Program-made: the position numbers and the translations under genes
Shown here: in pieces, positions 7,614-15,005 of the stretch
Position numbering within the stretch: the first letter of the stretch is position 1
How the letters are laid out: every line of letters begins with the position of its first letter
Assembly (NCBI GenBank): GCA_029838215.1
Contig: JALGVI010000050.1
Location: 1 to 21,872, forward strand
DNA from: Candidatus Helarchaeota archaeon
GTDB lineage: Archaea > Asgardarchaeota > Lokiarchaeia > Helarchaeales > RDOG01
Direction: 5' to 3'
DNA: 21,872 bases
Notes under the pieces: model-generated
Told to the model about the DNA's origin: nothing
The model's input: only the letters and a program-made list of their open reading frames with translations
Databases searched by the model: none

Positions 7614-8927
7614 ATGGACCTGAAGAAATTCGTAGAATTGCAATACATGAAGCATGATAAACTCGTCCGGCTTCAAGAGAAACGATTGCGCAAGATTATA
7701 AGGTTTGCTTATGAAAACACGGAATTATATCGAAAAAAGTTAAAATCAGCCAATCTAACTCCCAATGACATAAGGACGCTTGAAGATTTGCGCAAAATGC
7801 CGTTTTCATCAAAAGAAGACATCGTGAAGGATCCGTTTGCGGCGGTTGCCGATAAAAATGACCTATTCAAGCTTCATACTACGAGTGGCACTTCAGGAAA
7901 AGGTGAGACAATCGTTTTCTTCACGCGAAATGACTGGGATCATTATGTCATGCAGAATGCACGTTGCCTGCTTTCGGCAGGGTTCACGAAAGATGACATT
8001 GTTTACAACTCAACGCCATATGGAATGTTTTTTGCAGGACAGGTTCTTCATGATGGTGTCGAGGCAATTGGTGGCTTTGTCATTCCTGCCTCAACGTTGA
8101 AAACTGGTGCTGCCCACATAAATTACATAAAAAATCCATTTTTCAAGCCAACGGCTTTTATAGGATTGCCGCAGTATTTTCTACGATGGGGGTTGTGGTG
8201 GCAGAAAAATGGTGGAAATCCCCGCGAATCAACACTAAAGAAGGCATACGTGTTGGGAGAACCCGTTCCCGATCCCGTGAGAAAAAAAATTGAAGACACG
8301 TGGGACGTTGACTGCAGGATCGGTTACGGCTTGAGTGAAATCGGTGCCAGTGCAGAATGCGAAGAAAAGAACGGTTTTCACTGGTGCGAAGATGAAGTCA
8401 TCGTTGAAGTTGTTGATCCAAAGACAGGAGAACCCGTGGAAGATGGACAAGAAGGCGAGTTGGTCTACACGACACTTACGAAGACGGGAACTCTAGCAAT
8501 TCGTTATAAATCGGGGGACAAATCAGCCATACTTGGACGGGACTGTTCCTGTGGTCGGACACACGCAAAGCTACAATTAATTCAAACACGACTTGACGAT
8601 TTAATGAAAGTCAAGGGAACACTAGTGAGCCCATATACAATTGAAGATATCATGTTCTCTCAGAACATCGAGGGCTTTCTGGCAGTCATTGACAAAGAAA
8701 GTGATTTCGACGTGATTCGAATTTATGTCAAAGCCTCAGAAACGGATGATTTAAAGGATAGAATCATCACGGATTTCAAGACTAAAACAAAATTCTCACC
8801 TTCTTTCATTAAATTTGTCAAGGAATTACCTCAAATTGGACGAAAAGGAAAACGAGTCGTTGATTTAAGGAAAGCAAGTCCACTTAATGAGATCGTGAAA
8901 GAATACGAAAAGAAGACTTCAGGATAA
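7614..8927 (+). CDS. paaK: Phenylacetate--CoA ligase family protein
   Basis: Y-x-KKL...DIRTLEDLRKMPFSSKEDI N-terminus, TTSGTSGK, YGMFFAG, GYGLSEIG, VEVVDP, GELVYTTLTK, RYKSGD and RLDDLMKVKG motifs. The substrate is not proven. Confidence 0.85.
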   Translation: MDLKKFVELQYMKHDKLVRLQEKRLRKIIRFAYENTELYRKKLKSANLTPNDIRTLEDLRKMPFSSKEDIVKDPFAAVADKNDLFKLHTTSGTSGKGETIVFFTRNDWDHYVMQNARCLLSAGFTKDDIVYNSTPYGMFFAGQVLHDGVEAIGGFVIPASTLKTGAAHINYIKNPFFKPTAFIGLPQYFLRWGLWWQKNGGNPRESTLKKAYVLGEPVPDPVRKKIEDTWDVDCRIGYGLSEIGASAECEEKNGFHWCEDEVIVEVVDPKTGEPVEDGQEGELVYTTLTKTGTLAIRYKSGDKSAILGRDCSCGRTHAKLQLIQTRLDDLMKVKGTLVSPYTIEDIMFSQNIEGFLAVIDKESDFDVIRIYVKASETDDLKDRIITDFKTKTKFSPSFIKFVKELPQIGRKGKRVVDLRKASPLNEIVKEYEKKTSG

Positions 8928-8935
8928 AGATACTG

Positions 8936-8954
8936 CTATGGGGCTTCTCCGTAG
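8936..8954 (+). terminator. Short stem-loop 8 nt after the paaK stop
   Basis: CTATGGGG-CTT-CTCCGTAG: 8-bp stem including two G-U pairs. Confidence 0.3.
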
Positions 8955-9074
8955 ATAAATACTTTATATAAATTTCTCAGAATAATATCTTCCGAAATTG
9001 GAGATATATTCATTGCACAGTTGAATGAAGCTGTTAATAATTTGAGTTCGTTGAAAGATAATTTTTAAATATGG

Positions 9075-9088
9075 TTCAAATTATAAAA
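9075..9088 (+). promoter_or_regulatory. Candidate BRE/TATA box of the LVIVD gene
   Basis: TTCAAA-TTATAAAA about 40 nt upstream of the GTG start at 9129. Confidence 0.4.
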
Positions 9089-9128
9089 TATGCTAGGGAA
9101 AAGAGTATGAAATGAGTAGGATGAAATA

Positions 9129-11390
9129 GTGGTGCGTGTGAGAAATCTTTATCGTTCTATCTTAGCTTTCGGTTTTCTTTCTTTTTTTTTCGTAAGCTCT
9201 ATTTTAATAGTACATGACACGAATTTGCATCTTAATTCTCCGAAATCCATGATTAATGATCCTCCTCTTAATTTGAGGATCAAATTACAAAAGAACTATG
9301 ATACTCCATATTTGGCTAAAAAAGTTATGGTTATAGGCGATTTAGCATACATTGCGGATGGTGATTCAGGTTTAAGGATTATTAACGTAAGCAATCCTGC
9401 CAATCCTTTTGAATATGGCTTTTATGATACTCCAGGGTATGTAGAAGGTCTCAAAATTGCTGGTGATTATGCATTCATTGCAGAAGGTTTAACTCATGGA
9501 CTCCGAATTATTAACATTAGTGATCCATTAAATCCAACATCAATTAGTTCTCTAGTGACAGGTTGGGCGTATGATGTGGCAGTAGCGGGTAATTTTGCTT
9601 ATATTGCGGACTATTCAAATGGTTTAATAACGATAAATATTAGCGAACCATCTTCACCTATCGCCATTGAGACATATAATTGTCAAAATGCAAGGGGATT
9701 AGATATTTCTGGAAATTTTGCATTCGTAGCCGCGGCTGATAGAGGATTGAGAATTATTAATATTACCAATCCTTGGGAAAATACGGAGATTGGATATATA
9801 GATACCAACGGAATTGCAAATAATGTTCAAGTTTCAGGTAACTTTGCTTATGTCGCAGATGGAAGTCATGGTTTGCGCATAATTAATATATCTGATATGG
9901 TAAATCCCGTGGAAGTTGGATTTTTTAATACAACTGGAGATGCATGCGATGTTTCAATCGTAGGAAATCTAGCCTATATTGCTGCAGATGATGCAGGATT
10001 AAAAGTGATAGATATCCATGACCGAACAAATCCTGTTGAAGTTGGTTCTCTTAATACACCCGGAAATGCATATGGGATTGATATCGTAGGAAATTATGCT
10101 TATGTCGCAGATGGTATTGATGGACTATGGATCATAACTATAGCAGAGGCTGTTAATCCATCGTTGATTAACAAGCGGGGTACAAATGGAGAATCATATG
10201 ATGTATGTGTTGAGGGAGAAACTGCATTTGTTGCTGATGGAAGCGAAGGGCTTCAAACTTATTTGATGAGTGGGGCATTAAATCCAAATCATCGGGGAAA
10301 CTTAAACACGACAGGCACCTCATACGCCATTGATAATGATGGTGAAACTGTTTTCATTGCTGACGGATTAGCGGGACTCAAGGTAATTAACGTCTCTAAT
10401 TTAACGAATCCAGCTTTACTAAGTTCATATAACTCAGCTGGGGTTGCTCTTGATGTAGAGGTCGATGGAAATTTAATTTTTGTAGCAAATGAAACTAATG
10501 GACTTTCAATATTGAATGCAACTATATTATCAGATATTTCATACATTGGGGGATATGATACTGCCGGAACTACTTGTGGAGTGAAGGTTGAGAGAGATTT
10601 AGTATTTCTTGCTGATGGTGAAGAAGGATTCCTAATTCTTAATGCATCAAATCCCGTTAATCCTATTCTATCTGGGTATTTCAACACTTCAGGATTTTCA
10701 CAGGGGGTATTTATTGATGGAGATTATGCATTCATTGCTGATGGAGCTTCAGGAATACATATTTTAAATATTACAAATGTTTCGAATCCGACACTATTGA
10801 GTACCTATAACACAATCGGAAATGCAACAGACATACTTGTTGAAGGTGATTATGTGATAGTTGCTGATGGTCCAGGAGGATTGTGTATATTAGATATCAG
10901 TGATCCAAAAAATCCTTTGTTAATTGGCAGTTGCTCAACTTCTGGTGAAACTTATGGTGTAGTAAAATCTGGTAAGTTGTGCCTTGCTGTTGATCAATTA
11001 GAAGGATTAAAGATCATTCGAGTTTCTCAAAACTACGGTGAGGATTACGACAATGATGGTTTATATGGATTCGCAGAAGTATATACGTATTTCACAAATC
11101 CGAATGATTCCGATTCAGATAATGACAATCTTTTGGATGGATTAGAAGTCAATACGTATTCTACAAATCCAAATAATCCTGATACAGATGGAGATGGATA
11201 TTCTGATGGAGATGAAGTTCAAGCAGGAACTGATCCTACAGATCCCAGAAGCCATCCAACCACACCGATAATCTTAGTACCGGGATTTGATTTGATTTAT
11301 TTAGTGATTTCTATTCTAATGATTGGAATTTTGTTGAAGTCAATCAAGCAAATTCGAGAACAGGAAGACTGTATAAATGAAGATTCCTGA
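9129..11390 (+). CDS. Cell-surface LVIVD-repeat (beta-propeller) glycoprotein with Ca-binding DxDxDG repeats and PGF-type C-terminal anchor
   Basis: N-terminal hydrophobic signal; 14 repeats of about 42 aa (A[YF][IV]AD...GL.IIN[IV]S.P.NP); DYDNDGL/DSDNDNL/DTDGDGY repeats; VPGFD + TM helix + basic residues at the C-terminus. Confidence 0.9.
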   Translation: MVRVRNLYRSILAFGFLSFFFVSSILIVHDTNLHLNSPKSMINDPPLNLRIKLQKNYDTPYLAKKVMVIGDLAYIADGDSGLRIINVSNPANPFEYGFYDTPGYVEGLKIAGDYAFIAEGLTHGLRIINISDPLNPTSISSLVTGWAYDVAVAGNFAYIADYSNGLITINISEPSSPIAIETYNCQNARGLDISGNFAFVAAADRGLRIINITNPWENTEIGYIDTNGIANNVQVSGNFAYVADGSHGLRIINISDMVNPVEVGFFNTTGDACDVSIVGNLAYIAADDAGLKVIDIHDRTNPVEVGSLNTPGNAYGIDIVGNYAYVADGIDGLWIITIAEAVNPSLINKRGTNGESYDVCVEGETAFVADGSEGLQTYLMSGALNPNHRGNLNTTGTSYAIDNDGETVFIADGLAGLKVINVSNLTNPALLSSYNSAGVALDVEVDGNLIFVANETNGLSILNATILSDISYIGGYDTAGTTCGVKVERDLVFLADGEEGFLILNASNPVNPILSGYFNTSGFSQGVFIDGDYAFIADGASGIHILNITNVSNPTLLSTYNTIGNATDILVEGDYVIVADGPGGLCILDISDPKNPLLIGSCSTSGETYGVVKSGKLCLAVDQLEGLKIIRVSQNYGEDYDNDGLYGFAEVYTYFTNPNDSDSDNDNLLDGLEVNTYSTNPNNPDTDGDGYSDGDEVQAGTDPTDPRSHPTTPIILVPGFDLIYLVISILMIGILLKSIKQIREQEDCINEDS
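9297..11033 (+). repeat. 14 tandem LVIVD-type protein repeats (about 126 nt unit, degenerate at DNA level)
   Basis: Counted by eye from YDTPYLAKKV to GLKIIRVSQN. Confidence 0.85.
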
Positions 11391-12132
11391 GCTAAATTAT
11401 CCTATAATTCTATTTTTTAGCTCTATTCTTTTTATTGGATTTTTAATCCCATGCATTTTCTCAGGAATCGGAATTCTTACCAAAGTTTATATTCCTTTTA
11501 GTCGATACGGACCAAAAATAGTTAACATGATTTTTACATGGTTCACATTTATAGGAACTCTAATTTGTACTTTGATATTTGGGCCGATTTGTATTTTCTC
11601 TTGTTTTTGCTTAACAATAATTGTTCATCGATCGAATAAACAAGACAAAATTGATATTGAAAAGCTAAGAATTACAAAAGCAAAAATAAGAAATTCCCAA
11701 AAATCAAAAATAGAAACATTTGAATTATTCACTCAGCCAACAGACGCGGAATTCTATCCAAAATTAAGGACGGTAATTGGGTTAAATGCTCGGAAGTTGA
11801 TTAGATCAACGGATCCTCATGCAATTTATGGTTTCAAGGGTGGTTTGGGAAGGAAAGTGAAGTTTCAAGGATATATCCCATCTTGGGATTTGGAAATTAT
11901 AATTGATACGCGCTGTCGAGGAAAGATCATAGAGCCAGAAAATTTAGTTACCAAAATTACATTGGATGGACCAATGGACAGGATTAATGAGTTTATAGAT
12001 AAATTACTACGAACGTTAGATTTGAAACCATGGGAAAATATTAATTGGGATAAAATTAGCATGAAGTTTGGAATTTCTAAAATAGAAGCGGAGAAAAGCT
12101 GGGAACCCTTTTTTAAAAAACAAGAACGGTGA
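11377..12132 (+). CDS. Hypothetical membrane protein (2 N-terminal TM helices + soluble domain)
   Basis: The 251-aa ORF overlaps the LVIVD gene by 14 nt; it has two long hydrophobic segments in the first 85 aa and a charged C-terminal domain. Confidence 0.7.
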   Translation: MKIPELNYPIILFFSSILFIGFLIPCIFSGIGILTKVYIPFSRYGPKIVNMIFTWFTFIGTLICTLIFGPICIFSCFCLTIIVHRSNKQDKIDIEKLRITKAKIRNSQKSKIETFELFTQPTDAEFYPKLRTVIGLNARKLIRSTDPHAIYGFKGGLGRKVKFQGYIPSWDLEIIIDTRCRGKIIEPENLVTKITLDGPMDRINEFIDKLLRTLDLKPWENINWDKISMKFGISKIEAEKSWEPFFKKQER

Positions 12133-12153
12133 GCCGATATTGTGTCTAAGTGA

Positions 12154-12200
12154 GAATTCTGAATTCATTTATTGTCAATAAAATTGACAATACCGGTATT
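12154..12200. promoter_or_regulatory. Cluster of inverted repeats, candidate operator(s) upstream of the coiled-coil genes
   Basis: GAATTC-T-GAATTC (12154-12166), perfect 10-bp IR TATTGTCAAT-AAA-ATTGACAATA (12170-12192) and perfect 12-bp palindrome AATACCGGTATT (12189-12200), followed by a TTTATA at about 12207. Confidence 0.4.
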
Positions 12201-12321
12201 AAAGAATTTATAGAAGTAAGTGCATATTTAACATGAGCGAACAAGTTTTTCTGACTCAAAAAGAATAGAACTTTTGAGTTCTCTCAAATCTAAATCCAAT
12301 GATGAGATGATGACCCAATAA

Positions 12322-12732
12322 ATGACGGAAGAAAATGATGATAACAATCTGGATGCATTGGTTAAGAGTTTTTTCGACCAGATTGGTGTTTCTACGGATG
12401 AGATAGATGAAACACTCCAGCTTGCTAAAGAGACAGAGGAAACTCGCACGGAGTTTGCTTCCACTTCGCTTGAAGACATGGAACTTGACTCCACGGTTCG
12501 GCTTCGTGAACGCATTACGCTCTTAGAACAAAAAATCCAGCAAAAAAACGAGCTCATAACAAAACTAGAACTCATCGTGAGCAAGTTAAAAACACAAATT
12601 CGCACTTTCGAAAAGGACATCGCCCCTAATTTCGTCAAGACGATTAAATATTATCAACAGAAAAATGCTGACCTTGAAAAAACAATGGAAAAACTCAGGA
12701 ATTCCATATCAAATCTTAAGTCGATCTGGTAA
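12322..12732 (+). CDS. Small acidic/coiled-coil protein
   Basis: 136 aa; acidic N-terminal half, then heptad-patterned LRERITLLEQKIQQKNELITKLELIVSKL and YQQKNADLEKTMEKLRNSISNL. Confidence 0.7.
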   Translation: MTEENDDNNLDALVKSFFDQIGVSTDEIDETLQLAKETEETRTEFASTSLEDMELDSTVRLRERITLLEQKIQQKNELITKLELIVSKLKTQIRTFEKDIAPNFVKTIKYYQQKNADLEKTMEKLRNSISNLKSIW

Positions 12733-12934
12733 TTCCTTCTCGAGATAATCCTCTCTGTGAGGAAATCTGAAGTTTTTAAATAATTTTGATAATGCGGGTG
12801 GGATTTCCCCTGTTCATTAAGTATAAATATTTTCGACAAAAAATAATACGTGGTAAACAAACGTTCTTCAATAAATGGCTTTTTTGGACATGGATCTTGC
12901 GTGTTCCTTAAAATGATTTAACGAAGGTGTAAAG

Positions 12935-14344
12935 ATGAGTTACGAAATACCTTGGGACAAAATCGAAGAAAAACCGGAAAAACAACACAAGGTTATAGGA
13001 CAATTGCTTTTGGACCTCCGTGAAAAGCTTACAATGCAGGAAAACATGATTGCAAATGTGAATGAGGCACTAAAGAATATAAATGATGAAAAGAAAAAGC
13101 TTGTCGAGGAAGTTACGGCAAGAAATGGAAAAATTCTCGAGTTGGTGTCAAAAAAAATACCTGCAATGAATAAGGAAATTGAAGATTTAAAATCACAGAT
13201 ACAACTTTATGCGGTAGAGCGAGAAAAATTTGAGGCAAAAACACAGGGATTAAAAAAGGAAATTGATGACCTTTCAACCCGAATTGAAACTGCGGAAAAT
13301 GAATTGAAGGAAAAAGATCAGAAGATAGCAGAACAAAAACAGATCATGGATAAATATGAAAATCGCATAAAAATGTTGGAAGCAGAATTAGAAGAGGCTC
13401 AGAAAAGTGGAGATGGAGGAGAGGAAAAGCAGATGGAAGAAATGCGATTTTCCATTCAAGAAGAATTCGAAAAAGAATTGAAGACACTTAGAGAAAATGT
13501 ACTTTCAGCAGAGGAGCTAGAAGAAATTGAAAAACTTCGTAAGCTCCCTTCGGCAGAAGAGATTGAAGAAATGTTAATGGAGAGAGACGATGAGATAGAA
13601 CGTCTCAGCAAGCTTTTAGAAGAAAAGGAAAAGCAAGTCAATGGGTTGAATCAAACAATTGATACATTAGAAAAAGCACTTAAAGACCTCAGTTCAGGAG
13701 CACCAAGCCCTGCGAAAAGTGAAGTAATGACACCATCGGCAGGTCCAGTTAGACATGGACGTCGAGTATCCAAAAAAGTTGCTAAAGAAGTTCCCGTCCC
13801 GGAGAGTACTCCTGCAAACATCCATCCAGGGAGTAAAACAGTGGCTGTAAAACCCGTAGAGAAGGCTCCGAGAAGATCCGTTTACGTGCCGCGAGAGTTC
13901 ACATCGAAGTTCGAGCATGCCGCACCTGTCCGACACGTTCACCAAGCACCACCCCAAAAGCAAGTTTCAGAAGAACCCCCCGAGCATGAGCACTCCGTTG
14001 CGCCACCAACTCAACAAGAACCTTCATTTACGGTTTTCAGCGAGAGTTCAACAACACCTTCACGGTCTAAAAAAGCAGGAAAGCTTTCACCACAGATCCT
14101 TCAAATTTTTGATAATTTAGTTAAAGCGGTTCAAGCAGGGATCAAAGCACGCGAGCTCGGTCGAATTCTGGCAGACAGTCGCGATGAAATCGCCAATATA
14201 TATGGATTTAGCTCGACACTCAATGAAATTGGCAGAGTCGCCAGAAATTTAAATAAGGCACCCGTAAACGCAGGGATTGATGGAGAAACACAAAAAGTAT
14301 TCCTGCAAAAAATAGAAGAGTGGAAAAATCGCCTTAAAAGATAG
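12935..14344 (+). CDS. Long coiled-coil protein with Pro/Ser-rich linker and C-terminal four-helix domain
   Basis: aa 20-252 E/K/L-rich heptads broken by GDGG; aa 253-383 Pro/Ser/His-rich; aa 384-469 four amphipathic helices ending KIEEWKNRLKR; upstream GAAGGTG RBS-like motif. Confidence 0.8.
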   Translation: MSYEIPWDKIEEKPEKQHKVIGQLLLDLREKLTMQENMIANVNEALKNINDEKKKLVEEVTARNGKILELVSKKIPAMNKEIEDLKSQIQLYAVEREKFEAKTQGLKKEIDDLSTRIETAENELKEKDQKIAEQKQIMDKYENRIKMLEAELEEAQKSGDGGEEKQMEEMRFSIQEEFEKELKTLRENVLSAEELEEIEKLRKLPSAEEIEEMLMERDDEIERLSKLLEEKEKQVNGLNQTIDTLEKALKDLSSGAPSPAKSEVMTPSAGPVRHGRRVSKKVAKEVPVPESTPANIHPGSKTVAVKPVEKAPRRSVYVPREFTSKFEHAAPVRHVHQAPPQKQVSEEPPEHEHSVAPPTQQEPSFTVFSESSTTPSRSKKAGKLSPQILQIFDNLVKAVQAGIKARELGRILADSRDEIANIYGFSSTLNEIGRVARNLNKAPVNAGIDGETQKVFLQKIEEWKNRLKR

Positions 14345-14357
14345 TGGAAACACGCGA

Positions 14358-15005
14358 TTATTTACTTTTCCTTCTTTTCTCTTTCTTATCCTTTCCTAAA
14401 AATGAATGAACAATATCGTAGGCTTTCTTTATTCCAAGATGATAATCCAATTCTTTAAGGTAGTTATCAAGTATTGTTGGTTTTCCCTTTAGTGCTTTTT
14501 GAACTTCATCAGCCATGTTTAGGTTCTGAAATTCGTTAATGAAGTCATCGTGTTCCTTTTTTAATCGGCTATAAATCCTTTTCTCGATGTCTTCCTTTAG
14601 TTTTTCTAAATCTTTCTTTTGAAGCTTGCTATATTCACCTTGAGTTATGTTGTCGATAATTGGCTTTATTTCGACTTCGTCCAGCCTTTTTGATCGCCCT
14701 TTTGTTGTTTTGAATGGAACTGATGCTTCCAGTATTTTTTTATTATCAAATAATTGCTTGAATAAAAATTTTCTCTTGTCTTCTAATTCCTGTAGTTTTG
14801 CATATTTCCTTGCATCATCTTCGATGTTCCAGCTAAGATTTTTTATCACGTCTCTAACGGTTCTATCAGGATGCTTGTCGGTAATATGAATTTGTCCTTC
14901 GATAATGTCGGGGAAAACGGAATTACAAATCTTGCACTTGCATTTTATTAAATACCTTTGTCTTTGAATTAATTTAATTCTCTTTTCTGCCAGGGATTTG
15001 CTCAT
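14358..15005 (-). CDS. C2H2 zinc-finger / helical protein, third gene of the topoisomerase VI operon
   Basis: CKICNSVFPDIIEGQIHITDKH = C-x2-C-x3-F-x8-H-x4-H. The ATG at 15005 overlaps the top6A TGA as ATGA; the track start at 15011 is a TTG. Confidence 0.75.
   Translation of the reverse strand: MSKSLAEKRIKLIQRQRYLIKCKCKICNSVFPDIIEGQIHITDKHPDRTVRDVIKNLSWNIEDDARKYAKLQELEDKRKFLFKQLFDNKKILEASVPFKTTKGRSKRLDEVEIKPIIDNITQGEYSKLQKKDLEKLKEDIEKRIYSRLKKEHDDFINEFQNLNMADEVQKALKGKPTILDNYLKELDYHLGIKKAYDIVHSFLGKDKKEKRRKSK

Noticed and set aside
7479-7676. 65-aa hydrophobic minus-strand ORF
   Set aside because: It spans the AT-rich divergent promoter and overlaps the paaK start; likely spurious.
8936-8954. 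SECIS element / selenocysteine recoding
   Set aside because: The hairpin is far too short and paaK ends in TAA with no in-frame TGA. TGA stops elsewhere fall at natural protein ends.
9129-12132. Apparent shift to more A/T-ending codons suggesting a horizontally acquired island
   Set aside because: Only an impression from reading; it needs GC3 and codon-usage computation, and there are no mobility genes.
12228-12638. 136-aa Ser-rich minus-strand ORF
   Set aside because: Typical antisense shadow of a Glu/Lys-rich coiled-coil gene (12322..12732).
12935-14344. SMC/Rad50 or Wadjet (JetABCD)-like system with the neighbouring topo VI
   Set aside because: No Walker A/B, signature, hinge or Zn-hook motifs. 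Top6A is paired with a full Top6B and is on the opposite strand.
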